A DNA stretch of 64,000 nucleotides from positions 61,566,001 to 61,630,000 of the forward strand of contig OX597827.1 of assembly GCA_951406725.2 (NCBI GenBank), in the 5' to 3' direction. This DNA comes from Octopus vulgaris. Its lineage: Eukaryota. Within the stretch, counting starts at the first letter, position 1. Every line of letters begins with the position of its first letter. A program made the position numbers and the translations under genes. Below are positions 47,313-60,895 of this stretch, one piece after another. The notes beneath the pieces were generated by a model. It did not search any database, had not been told where the DNA came from, and saw nothing but the letters and a program-made list of their open reading frames with translations.

Positions 47313-47546
47313 GCGTATGTGTGTGTGTATGTTTGTGTGTGTGTGTGTGTGTTTGTCCTCCCAACATCGCTTGACAACCGATGCTGGTGTGTTTACGTCC
47401 CCGTAACGTAGCGGTTCGGCAAAAGTGACCGATAGAATTAAGTACTAGGCTTACAAAGAATAAGTCCTGGGGTCGATTTGCTCGACTAAAGGCGGTGCTC
47501 CAGCATGGCCACAGTCAAATGACTGAAACAAGTAAAAGAGTAAAAG
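47122..47546 (+). mobile_element. SINE family A copy (CpGs intact)
   Basis: Full-length match to the other copies. Confidence 0.9.
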
Positions 47547-48176
47547 TCAACAGATATAAACGTCTCCTTTCCTTAAAGGAAGGGAGATTTGTCTGCTGTT
47601 TCCGACAAGACGATTAACCGGTCGAAGCCCCCTCAATACTGGAATGGTAATGGGCTTATGAGAAACAACACATGTAAGGGATATTCCATTGTTAAGGTCA
47701 CAGCCGCGTATTCAATTTTGACGATGCTGGTCTGTTGATTTTTCTTTTGCCGGGTGTCAATGGTGAGTGACGTGGTACGGTGGAAATGGGCGGAAGGGGC
47801 TTTAAGGATTAGCTACAATTGCTCTCCAGTGAAACCATTCATATATAACTTGAACTGGAAAACAAGACGACGATGAAGCAGCTACGTGATCGACTAATAT
47901 GCTCAAAATAGCAGGCAACGTTTCCTCAAGTGGACACACTGGACAATGCAGTCCTAGATTGGATATACTGCTTTAAAAAAAAAAGTCAATGATCTCAGCT
48001 GGAATGTTATAAACCATAGGCTAACGGATCTAAACAAGAGGAAACAAGTGTCCTCGGCTAAATTTTATGAAAGAAAAATACCAGTCTGAGAGGGTGGAAA
48101 GAGAATTGCTTTTCCAGTTTCGGCGCTGATTAAAGAGGAGTAGAAGATAATTGTATTTGCCGAGTAGCGCAGGACT

Positions 48177-48900
48177 AATTACCTATTATCGTAGTATATA
48201 CCCTCACATTAGATAACTAATATATATGACCATTTCATGGTCCTTTCTTTCATGCCGAATTCTACTTGGTAAAATTGATTACTTCTTAATTAATTAATTT
48301 TACCCTTTGTTATTATTGATATATATATACACACACACACACACCAACATACCACTTTTTTGTAATTCATTTTTTGTTTCCATGTCCCATACAGAAAAGT
48401 TACTTTAAAATATATAAAACATTAGAAGTGGGATGTTGTAGCGATGATGCCTTTCTAAAACGTTAGGTACATCATAACAAACTATTTTATAAAAAAATTA
48501 AAATGTATATTGCATCTTAAGAATCACGAGTCGATGTAAAACGTTATTATTGTTATAATTATTACAATTGCTATTGTTATAGGTGTCTGCTTTTGGAGTC
48601 TCACACGTTTCCAAACAGAAATGTGGTCGGTGGTATCATGCTGGTCACACGAGAGAAGAGAAAAAAATGCAGTATTTGTCCACACAAACACGCTTCGAAA
48701 CACATATTAGTTATGAAGGAAAAAAATATTTACAGCTATAAATGATTAATAATGGAATTGTTATTCAAAAAATCACAAAGAAAGCGAATTTATGTCACCT
48801 CCGTTTCAAAAATTCCTTGAACTTCTTGTAGTAGTAACGTGCTCAAACATCCAAGAAAACCGCCATTTCGTACCGGTGACAGTTACAACATGAATCAATG
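48177..48900 (-). promoter_or_regulatory. Candidate Nup155 promoter and 5' non-coding exon region
   Basis: The ATG exon begins with an acceptor, so an upstream exon is required; candidate donor AG|GTAATT at 48183/48182; YY1-like AAATGGCGG at 48860-48868. Confidence 0.35.
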
Positions 48901-50779
48901 CTTCACGCAGAAGAGCGACTTCTCAACAAGGGAGCTAAATACGTATGCAACCAGCCAGATGTTCTTGCGGCTGTTTCGTCCAAGTCAAACTTTGAATTTA
49001 AGTAGAGGGGAGTCACCATCAGAATCGTCACAACCGTGACTAGCCCAACTTTTCCTATACCTATTTCTTTACTACCCACAAGGGGCTAAACACAGAGAGG
49101 ACAAACAGATTAAGTCGATTATATCGACCCCAGTGCGTAACTGGTACTTATTTAATCGACCCCGAAAGGATGAAAGGCTAAGTTGACCTCGGCGGAATTT
49201 GAACTCAGAACGAAACAGCAGGCGAAATCGGCTACGCATTTCGCCCGGCGTAGCCGTATTTCGTCTGCTGTTTCGTTCTGAGTTCAAATTCCGCCGAGGT
49301 CGACTTTGCCTTTCATCCTTTCGGGGTCGATTAAATAAGTTCCAGTTTTCCTATATCTACGACTTCCTTATCTGACGTATACTCTTTACTCTTTTACTTG
49401 TTTCGGTCATTTGACTGCGGCCATGCTGGAGCACCGCCTTTCAGTCGAGCAAATCGATCCCAAGATTTTATTCTTTGTAAGCCTAGTACTTAATCTATCG
49501 ATCTTTTTTGCCGAACCGCTAAGTTACGAGGACGTAAACACACCACCATCGGTTGTCAAGCGATGTTGGAGGGACACAAACGTATACACGCACATACATA
49601 TATATTTCTTTACTACCCACAAGGGGCTAAACACAGAGGGGACAAACAAGGACAGACAAACGGATTAAGTCGATTACATTGACCCCAGTGAACTGGTACT
49701 TAATTTATTGACCCCGAAACGATGGAAGGTAAAGTCGATCTCGGCGGAATTTGAACTCAGAACGTAACGACTACGCATTTCGCCCGGCGTGCTAACGTTT
49801 CTGCCAGCTCGCCGCCTTATGTACATATATATATTTATACATATATATACGACGGGCTTCTTTCAGTTTCCGTCTACCAAATCCACTCACAAGGTTTTGG
49901 TCGGCCCGAGGCTATAGTAAGAGACACTTGCCCAAGGTGCCACGCAGTGGGACTGAACCCGGAACTATGTGGTTGGTAAGCAAGCTACTTACCACGCAGC
50001 CACTCCTCCTTCTTTTCTATTGAGATGATAAAGTGTGATTTGAGAGAATGTAGTTGCACGTCACTCCCGAACGAATACAACAGCAGTTATACGTCAATAT
50101 ATCATTTACCTTTTAGTCATAACTACGGTCATGCTGGAGTACCACCATGAAGTGTTTAATCGAACAAATCTATCTCGTACTTTTTTTCTTAAGCCTGGTA
50201 CTTATTCTACCGGGCTCTTTTTGTCGAACCGCTTGGTTACAAGAACGTAAACAAATCAGCACCGTTTGTCAAGCGGTGGTGGGAGACAAACATACACACG
50301 CGCACACACGACGGGCTTCTTTCAGTTTAAGTCAACCAAATCTACTTACAAGATGCCAAGCAGTGGGACTGAACTCCGAACCATATGGTTGATGAGCAAA
50401 TTTCTTACCACAGCCAAACCTGCACCAATAAATTTTTTTTTTATCTTAGTTTTATTAGTTTTTATTTATTTTGTTCCACGTAATGTTAAAATTAGTATGA
50501 CGGTTTTGGGTTTGTTTGTTTTTTTTTTTACAAAAATATTTGTATCGGTTCCGCGACGTAACTCAAGTGGCAGACTTACTCCATAGCCCAGTTTAAACTC
50601 TGGTTTGAGGATATAGTATTCCCTCCCATCAGTCTCTTGGGGCTTGTAAAGAGTCACGGGTATAACTTTCTCTTCTGACTAAAAGATGAAAGCAATTTGG
50701 GAAATATTTAGTATAGAGGATCTGAGATTAGCTCGATATTTAGTTCCAGGTCATCCCTCATCTTCTAAACTGCTCACTG

Positions 50780-51200
50780 GTCAAAGGCGTTCCAGCAGGG
50801 GACGTATCTCTCGATGGTCGACTGTGGGTCAGGTTGGATGGACATTTGGAGGGAATTGAAGACAGGTACTGCAGACGAAATTGTACGAGATATTCCTGGA
50901 GCGGTTCCTGTGGACAAACTGCTGATGGACAACGGCACTACATTTAGTTCGGAGACACTGAAGGAGATGCTTGATAAGTGGAATGTGCACCGCTTCTCCA
51001 GGGCAGCATACAGGCTGAGTGGAAATGAGATTGTGGGAAGACATCATTGAGCGATCAAGGCCATGGCAGAAAGGCGGGGCATCTCGCCACTGGAAGCAGT
51101 GTTCTGGCACAATATGTCCGATGAGGACAGGCCAAAGAGTCCGTACCACACAGAACGGTGTTCAGATATGAATAGCAACATCCGAGTAAATCACTAGAAT
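50780..51200 (+). mobile_element. Ty3/Gypsy-like integrase core relic
   Basis: MVDCGS...LLMDNGTTFSS...SGNEIVGRHH resembles a degenerate rve D-D-E core. Confidence 0.75.
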
Positions 51201-52917
51201 GTCCTGCAGAAGTGAGTGAACCTGTCTTGGAAGAGGTGGGAGACGCTGCACATCTGTTGTAAAATGAGTTCATCCCACTGGTGTGATGTGTGACTGCCAT
51301 TGTACTGTAGTTGCTGTTTTATGCTAGTAGCCACAGTAGTTACTAGTCATTGGATACCATTGTATCTCTTCGTACCAGAATAGTAATACACTAACTTCTG
51401 TCTTATGTTGAGTCGTCACTGACTGTGACAAACTAGTTTTTGCTTGGGGTGTGCTTGCTTTTATAACTATCCAGAAGGATAGCTATATCATTGAGAGCAG
51501 TATATTTAGTTGGTAGTCTTGTTATTTCTATTCTAGCTTTTGGTGAAGTAGAAGAGGTTAGAAAGCGTCAAGTGGTGACATTATTTTGGCCTAGCTAAAG
51601 CATCTGGAAAATGTAAAACTGCTGTCAGAGAAAAACCATTGTTCCACCATGGGAAAAGTTCTGTTGCAGTGTTAATTTAAATTTGGCTATGGTGGATCGA
51701 ATCCACTTCATGCTTGCAAGATCTACGACACATACATTATTTCCACTAATGTACCACCTGGATTTTCAGAATGACTCAAAGGTTTATCCTAACTTCAACC
51801 ACGGTCATTTTTGTTAACCATGCACTTGGCCGAGAGCTTGATGCGAAATCTGTTTGAGTTTTCTAATCACTACTACTGGTCTCACACACACACACACATA
51901 CAGAGAGAGAGGGAGAGAGAGATTGTGCATTTAGCAACAAAAGTAGACCTCAGTATCGTTGGAAATAAAGGACTAAATTTATTAAATGACACAAGCATAG
52001 CACTTACGTTCAGAACTTCAAGTTGCTGAATTACAATTCAGAGGTTTTGATCTCTACAGTTCTTCACCTGTTTGTCGACCCAGAGGTATAGTAGAAGACA
52101 CTTGCCCAAGGTGTCATGCAATAAGACTGAACCCACTGCATGGTACCTTGTGCGAGTGTCATCTACTGTACCCCTGGGCCAGCCAAAGGAGCCTTGTGAG
52201 TAGATTTGGGGTAAATGGAAGCTGAAAGAAACCCGTCATATATGTATGTGTGTATGTTATGTCTCCATGCCTTGACTTCAAAAGATAGTTGTAAACGAAC
52301 GCCACCGTCATGTAAGCGGTGTCCTTTGTTTTCAATTTTCCCTGAAACCATGTCTGTTCGTGAGAAAATATTACCTTACTTAGAAACAAGTGAGGATTTG
52401 TGACAAGGGACCTGACCATAGAAAATCCACCAGAACAAAACGGACTATGCGAGCATGGAAAAGTAGACATTAAAACGAGTGTGTGTGTGCGTAAGCAGAT
52501 GTCTTTGGCACCAGAGAAAGCAAACAGGTGGTTATTGTGAGGAAAATGGATATTGAATAAGGTAAAGAGGGTGACTGATTGACTGCTTCTTCCGATCTTC
52601 AGGTCTCTAAGGTATTGAAGAGAGAGCGAGAGGTTAGCACATTTGTATTTATTGGAGTAATTTTTATTTAAAAGGAAAAGTATATGAGCTTGTTAATAAT
52701 AAATAGTAGCATTGGTAGGCAAAGCAGTGGTAGTCTGTGTCAGGGCAACCCGAGAAATGTATGTAACGAAGGAATTTGCACTGGCGAGAAAACGAAACAT
52801 CAAAGGCCGTGGAATATATGAAGTTCTTCCAGAGCTATCTTAGGTGGGTCTTGAAATGGTTATATGTGGGAGGACGAAACCTGTAGTGGTGACCTACTAC
52901 GGATCTTACTACTGTAG

Positions 52918-52951
<34 letters not shown>

Positions 52952-53049
52952 ATTATTAGAATGCTGTCATAGAGTAAGATAAAATAAAACAAAAATAAAA
53001 TAAATACGACAATCCCAAATAAAAAAATTAGGTTAACCCAGTTATTATC

Positions 53050-53249
53050 TCCCCTTGTTTCTGACGTCACCAACCTTTTCAGGTTAATATGTGCCATGGC
53101 TAAACCGTAGAGCGATCGGTCCTCATCACCTTTTTTTGCTCCTCTTTTTTATATACACTAATCAGGATTACCTGTCATAAGGGAAAGAAGAGCAACAATT
53201 GAATTACCATCACATATTGAATCGAAATCGAACTAAATTTTCGGTAAGT
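53050..53249 (+). promoter_or_regulatory. Candidate PRELID1 promoter and non-coding first exon
   Basis: CRE palindrome TGACGTCA at 53062-53069; CpG-containing unique sequence; donor CG|GTAAGT at 53243/53244. The PRELID1 ATG exon begins with an acceptor, so an upstream exon is required. Confidence 0.45.
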
Positions 53250-55723
53250 TTTTAATTTTTTTTATAGAATTTTCAAAAAAAATTTATATGATATGGACGT
53301 TATAGAAAAATGTGATGAATCACATAATTAAAAAAATGTAGGTATTTGTTACCTGAATGTATCTTTATATAGAGGAAAAATTAGGATTGTTTTAAGTAGA
53401 AAGGAAAATGAGAGACTGTGACTTTCATACCGCTCCCAAGGACATCAGTCAGGGACATCTGAGAAAAGAAAAACAACAAAACCTCATTTCAACTAAACTA
53501 TTAGAAGCCGGGTCGAGCACTGGGGACCCGCTAATACATTTTTAATTACGTACACATGACGGTCTGAGATCTTTGCTGAAGTATAAATTAGTATGGCTTG
53601 ATGTAAGGTTGACACGTTGTTAAAATTATTGTGGAGATGGATTTTAATTTGATTTATATTTTTATTTACCGATAACATTAACGAAATACTATCGAAGGTG
53701 TCTGAGTGCGGTCTCTCGATATTGGCGGGGCCCCAATCTTACAGAAATAGCAGCCAAATTAAATTTTAAATCATACTTTAAAAAAATAAAAGGGAAATTC
53801 ACTTCGAACAATGTAGCTTCAGAGATGAACTTTTAAAATAACTATCGCTACTTCATGGGAAAGAAAACTGGTGATGAATCGGGGAGCAAAAACTGAAAAA
53901 AAAAAAAATCGAATTCTTTTGGAGGAAAAAGATCCTTTTTGAATCCCAATTCTCGTTAACTGAAACACGAGAACACTAAAAATAAATTAAAGAACTACCC
54001 CCTATTTTTAGTCCTTTCTCTTCTACTCGTGGTAGTGAAAACTGTATCAAACCCTTTCTCCTCAGATATACAAAAGACGTGAGGGTCACGGCTAAAACGC
54101 TTTTATCCTAGGTCCCTTAACTGAGGGCTTACCTGAAGTTAATGAAACACCACCCAGAAATATGCACTGCGTGGCACCTTGGGTTAGTTCCTTCCATCTT
54201 GTGACTGGAATCTGGTAGATGGGAACTGCAGAATCTTGTCATTTGTATTAAACTAAAAAAGACCTTATTGAGTTTAACTATTCAATACTTGTATATGCTA
54301 TCCGTGTATAAATATATACACCACTGTGATACAGGTGTCTAAATCTCGAATTTAGCAAAAATTTGTACTCGTGATAGGTTCGAATGTGTAATGATTGTGG
54401 TGTATACTATATACAGTGGATTTAAAAGTAACGTGGAGTGAGCTTGAATGATACGTATCTATGAAGTCTATGAAATCAAATATAATTTACACACGCACTC
54501 TGTACCCATAAAGCATCCCTTGCGTAGTTTATTGACTTGAAATAGTCGCTAAATCTTCCTCAAATTACACCCTACCGCCTTTGACAAGGAAAAGACGGAA
54601 TTCTTGTGTATTGTTGTAAATCTAGGTATGGCTAAAACGATAATATTGTCTCGTCTTGAAGAACGTGGATCATAGGTTTACAGAACCAAAGCTGACCTAT
54701 GGCTAAACAAAAAGATACCTCTGCGTCGTGACTCGGCTTGCTGTGTAAAACAGCTATAAATTGTTCCTAAAATAGGTGTCGTTATTTGGATACATAAAAG
54801 CAGAAAGAAAAAAAGACACACCTCCGTGTGTATTTCCACGCATAAAAATAATTGCCCCTAGCACGTGCTTTCAACACTATTCTTCACACACGCACGTGAG
54901 TCTCTGTTCATCGTTTGACCTGCTCGAAATGACAAATAAACTTCCTTCAAATCACATCCTACTTTACTAAACAAGGAAAGACACCTTGGGTAATGTAATC
55001 GTCGACATAGAAAAACAAAAGAATCTATATATTCACCGCCGGAACGATCTTCATCAAACGTCTACGCGCGACCGTACTGATCTTCGGTCGACCAGTAGTC
55101 TCTGAGAGAAATTTAGCTAGCGGTGCAAGACTGCTTTTGGATCCTGTTCGGGAACAGGATGCCCTTTAAAACTTCAAGGAACTGCGAAATATGGTTTCTG
55201 GGAAGTCCTAGTAAATAATTACGGACCTTGGACGTCGTTGTACCTGCTGCCTCCTACCCGCCTCTTATAGGACCTACAACACACAAATCTATCTAATCCA
55301 TACATTGGTTGTCTCACATGTGTGACATTCATTTAACTGAGATTGTCCTGGCAATTAGCAGACAAAAACTCCCTCTTCGGGTGTTTTGAGATCTGTAAAT
55401 AACTAATGATATCAGCCAGTCGAAATTTTCGGAAACTAAAGGCGCTGTAGTTGATAGTGGATTTCGTCTTTAAAGCCAAAAGGTGAAAGCAGCGGACATA
55501 TTTCAGTCTTAAGATCTCTTTAGAGAGACATCCTTCATCAATTGTCAAGATTGAGAAGTGTTCAAGTATATGTGCGAATAGAGGGGATGTAGTGATGTTC
55601 AATATATAGTTTACGTGTCCCAAATATGCAGCATGTGTACGTAAGTATGTATGTGAGATGTACATATGATGATCATTAAAGTCCGTTTTCCATGCTGGAT
55701 TCCCTTCTTAACCACCTTACACG

Positions 55724-55771
<48 letters not shown>

Positions 55772-55984
55772 GGAGTTTAACGCAGGTATAATTCAAATAC
55801 TTTTACTTCCGACACATGTTTCGAAGAAATCGCTGATATTATTCCACGTAAACCCGAAGTTTCTACCTTTAAAATCAAGGCGTTACAACCTTTATACTTG
55901 TGTGATTTTTTTGCTACTCTGGTAACTATTTATCTATTTTTTCCGTGTTATTTGTTAACAAGGGGAAAATACACTCATCTATTC

Positions 55985-56017
<33 letters not shown>

Positions 56018-57406
56018 CCTCATGCTAGCATGGGAAAATAGACGTAAGAGCAATGATACAGGTGTGTTGTGCATGTGCAAATATATTTCGGTTTTGAATT
56101 TTCTTTGCAAGGCTCTTAATGTGAAATAGTGTGTTGCCAAAATTACCCTCCCAGTATGCAATATATATATATATATATATATATATTATCGAAATAGCAT
56201 GTGATATATGTGGAGCTGGCAAGTACTCATGAATGGGTTAGTATGTGTGTCTGTATGCTTACGTGTGTGTGTGTGTGCATCATTTTTTTCATGCATCAAC
56301 AGGTTCGCATCAACTTCTCAGCTTGACGTGTATTGTCAGCTGTTTTAATAACTTATTCAACATGATTATTTCTTTTTAACTTTGTTACTGCATTACTTGA
56401 GGATTGTGTGTCTCATAGACAGATAATGGTTTCAAATTTTGGCATGGAAAACCAGCAGTTTCTGTGGGTGGGAGAGTAAGTCGATTACATCAATCCCAGT
56501 ACTAAAATGGTACTTATTTTACTGACCCCCCTAAAAGGACGAAAGACAAATATACCATTTTGTTAGTTATAGCTAATTCCGAAAAAGAGAGGGATGGGGT
56601 AGGGATTGAACCCAGTACTTCTGTGGCAAATTATTTATTGACTCAAAAAGGATAAAAGACAGAGTTAACCTCGGTGGGAATTTGAAGTCAGTGTGCAAAG
56701 AGTCATGACAAATATCACTAAGAATTCCATATTCTGTCTGACATTCTAATGACTCCGCTTAATTGGCTGCCTTGACCTCGGATTACTGTATTTTCTATAT
56801 TTCATTTGCTGCAGATGCAAAGCTGCAGACTGACTGGCACTTAACAACAACAACAACAGCGACAGCAGTAGCAGCAGCAGTCGATAAGTAGGAGAATCCA
56901 TTAGAAAGCTATTCAGTATATTAAGATAAAAAGTCAATACTATATGATGGATGCCATTTGTCACTATATAACAGACAATGCACTGTTACATATTTACTTT
57001 ATTATTTTGCAATAATAGGCACAGGCCTGGGCATGTGATAAGAAGCTTGCTTCCCAACCACATGGTTTTGGGTTCAGTGCCACTGCGTGGAACCTTGGAC
57101 AAGTGTTTTCTACTATAGCCTCTGGCCAATCAAAGCCTTGTGAATAGATTTGGTAGATGGAAACTGAAAAAAGCCCAGCACCATTTGAGTGTGGCCGTTG
57201 CCAGTGCTGCCTGACTGGCCCTCGTGCCGGTGGCACGTAAAAGCAGCCACTACGCTCTCGGAGTGGTTGGCATTAGGAAGGACATCCAGCTGTAGAAACT
57301 CTGCAAGATTAGATTGAAGTCTGGTGCAGCCACCTGGTTTGCCAGTCCTCAGTCAAATTGTCCAACCCATACTAGCATGGAAAGCGGACGTTAAACGATG
57401 ATGATG

Positions 57407-57452
<46 letters not shown>

Positions 57453-58294
57453 TGTGTCTTTGTGTTTGTTTCCCACCACTGCTTGGCAACCAGCATTAGT
57501 GTGTTTACATCCCTATAACTTAGCAGTTTGGCAAAAGAGACCAACAGAATAAGTACTAGGCTTTATAAAAAAAATAAGTCCTGGAATCAATTTATCTGAC
57601 TAAAACTCCTCAAGGCAGGTTCCTAACATGGCCCCAGTCAAATGACTGAAACGATCATCATCATCATCATTTAACGTCCGTGTTCCATGCTACCATGGGT
57701 AGGATGGTACCACAAGAGCTGGCCAGGCCGAAGCCTACACCAGACTTCTGTGACTGTTATGGCAGGATTTTCACAGCTGTATGCCTTTCCTAACACCAGC
57801 CACTCAGCAGAGTGGACTTAGTGCTTATTATGTGGCACAAGCACAGGCGAGGTCAGTTTTGGCAAAGTTTTTACAGCTAGATTCTTAACCACACAGCCAT
57901 GCCTGGTAATAAGATAGAATAATGTATAAGATAAAATTCTTCAGGCTGTTAACCTCATTTCTGAAATGAACGCATTTGTATTGACACTGTAATTTGGTCT
58001 GTTTGATCGCCAATCACCATCAGATGTTATATCTCTGTATGTGTGAATTTTTACCAATCTTTAGTCTTATGTCTGTCATGAATCAGCAGGCTCATAAGAC
58101 CAGATCTTAATTCAGTTTATATGATGTACAAGCAGGCAAGAGTACAATACTCTCCTTTTTAAACTGAACACCACTAGGTTAACCCCCACTAGCTGTTGGT
58201 ACTCATTACTTAAAAACACAATGTGCTGCACAATTTAGGAATTGAAACCACAACCTTATAATTGTCAGTCCAACATTCTAAACACTCAGCCATA

Positions 58295-58789
58295 CCGTAA
58301 ATCCTCGAGTATAATCCGCATTTTTTCCCCAAAATTTAATGGTCAAAATCCCGAATGCATACTATATACAAGCTTAAAAAGGAAAAATATTTTCTAAGCA
58401 ATGTCTGAGTCCATATTTGCTGTCCGGCAATGTTTATTCAGACGCATTTTGTGATATTGGGTGTGAAAATACCTTAAGCTAAGCCAGAAATCAATGAAGC
58501 CATAAAAGAATCATCCATAACTTGCAGTAAGCAACATTTATTAAACATTATTACTGTTATTTCTTTATTTTCTGCAAATAAAATGCACAAAAAAGCTACA
58601 CGTTTGCATTATGTTATATGTACAATAATAATAAAGGGCATTACCATATACATTTTTACAAACCAAGGACGTTATATACACCTCCTTGACTCAAGTTAGA
58701 GAAGGGGTGCGTATTATACACAAGGTTTAGGTTTTTCAGAGGTACAGCCCCCTAAAAATCCCCTGCATATTATACTCGAGGATTTACGG
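58295..58789. mobile_element. Non-autonomous Tc1/mariner-pogo type MITE
   Basis: Perfect 20-bp TIR CCGTAAATCCTCGAGTATAA / TTATACTCGAGGATTTACGG flanked by TA on both sides. Confidence 0.9.
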
Positions 58790-60803
58790 TATACATTCAC
58801 ATAGTACCATACTGGATTTGGAACAGAAACTTTATTTCATTTGCATTGTGGATTACTTTCAGTTTAAAAAGATAGGCACCTTATTCAAATCCAGTCAGGT
58901 TTTATGTACACATCCAGGAATAAGTAGACATCTGATGATGATTAGAGACCAAAATGTAGAGTAGATGTATAAAAAAAAAAAATCGTCGCTAAAGGTTATC
59001 TTAATTAGTTTGAAAAACTATAATCTTATCAATTACTAATCTCAACCAGACATTTACACATCCAGGAATAAAACATCTCATGATGATCAGATCATATCAA
59101 CGAAGAGATAATTGTGATGTAAATATTGTTAAAAAATGTTTCACCTCTAAAGATGAAGCTAAGTATTAAAAACAAAACAAAAAAAACTGCACTCTTAATG
59201 ACTCGGACATTTAGCACAGTATAGATAGTAGGTATGGCTGTGTGGTGAGAAGCTTGCTTCCCAGGCTAATCAAAGCCTTGTGAGTGGATTTAGTAGATGG
59301 AAGCTGAAAGAAGCCTGTCATGTGTGTATATGTGTGCATGTCTTTGTGTTTGTCCCATACCGTCTCCTGCATAATTACCTATTTCTTTACTACCCACAAG
59401 GGGCTAAACACAGAGGGGACAAACAAGGACAGACAAACGGATTAAGTCGATTACATCGACCCCAGTGCGTAACTGGTACTTAATTTATCGACCACGAAAG
59501 GATGAAAGGCAAAGTCGACCTCGGTGGAATTTGAACTCAGAACATAGCGGCAGACGAAATACTGCTAAGCATTTCGCCTGGCGTGCTAACGTTTCTGCCA
59601 GCTCACCACCTTACTTTTTGACTAAACCATTCAAGGTGGTACCCTAGCATGGCTGCAGTCCAATGACAATAGCAAACAAAAGATGATACTCTTTTACTTG
59701 TTTCAGTCATTTGACTGCGGCCATGCTGGAGCACCGCCTTTAGTCGAGCAAATCGACCCTGGGACTTATTCTTTCTATCGGTCTCTTTTGCCGAAACGCT
59801 AAGTGACAGAGACATAAACACACCAGCATCGGTTGTCAAGCAATGCTAGGGGGACAAACACAAACACACACACACACACACATATATATATATGACAGGC
59901 TTCTTTCAGTTTCCGTCTACCAAATCCATTGGTCAGCCCGGGGCTATAGCAGAAGACACTTGCCCAAGATGCCACGCAGTGGGACTGAACCCGGAACCAT
60001 GTGGTTGGTTAGCAAGTTACTTACCACACAGCCACTCCTGCGCCTATGATAGATAAGATTGATTGATAAACAATGCTTATTTATGTACTCTCTTACATAG
60101 CCAAATGGTGGAAGACTGTTTCAAATGTATCAACTTACTTTGGCTTTTTTTCATTCACCTCACCATCTTAAAAGGGAAAGACATTGGATGGTGTAGGCTT
60201 AGTCGTACTTGTAACCATCACTTAACGTCCACTTTTCCATGCTTGCACAGATTGGATTGAATTTGCTAATTTGTAGAGGCAGATTTTCTGTGGTTGGATG
60301 CCCTTCCTATTGCCAACCCTCACCTGTTTCTAGACAGGTATGTATTTCTCTGTGGAAGATTGGAAATAAGCAGCATCACCTGTGTGACAGTGATGCCCAC
60401 CTACTGTCATCATATACAAGCAAACACACACACGCATGTGCATGCATGCACACACACACACACACATACACAATGGGTATTTTTCAGTTTCCATCTACCA
60501 GATTCACTCACAAGGTGTTGGTTGGCCAGGGCTACTGTAGAAGACACTTGCTCAAGGTGCCATGCTGTTGGACTGAACCTAAAGCCACGTGGTTGAGATT
60601 TGAGCAAAAAAGGAAGAAAAATACATAGGATGATCAAAGTGAGAATACCTTTAACCATAGATCTACTCAATCAGAGCAGTCTCTGATTGAGTAAGTCTAA
60701 ATATAATTAAACAATAATATTTTAATGTTATAATTTGAAGGGTTCCTCTGCTAATTCTGATATGTTTTTTACTTTTCAGAGACACATTTTCTATCAGAAG
60801 ATT

Positions 60804-60895
60804 ATGGTGAAATATTACAGCGGTACTCAAATCTTAAAATTTTCCTGGGACCAGTTAGCTTCTGCATTTTGGCAACGCTATCCAAATCCATACAG
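60804..60895 (+). CDS. PRELID1: First coding exon of a PRELI-domain mitochondrial lipid-transfer protein (PRELID1/Ups1-like); rest outside window
   Basis: MVKYYSGTQILKFSWDQLASAFWQRYPNPY(S), close to the recalled PRELID1 N-terminus MVKY...SWDQVFAAFWQRYPNPYS; acceptor ttttcag ends 60779, donor gttagt at 60896. Confidence 0.9.
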
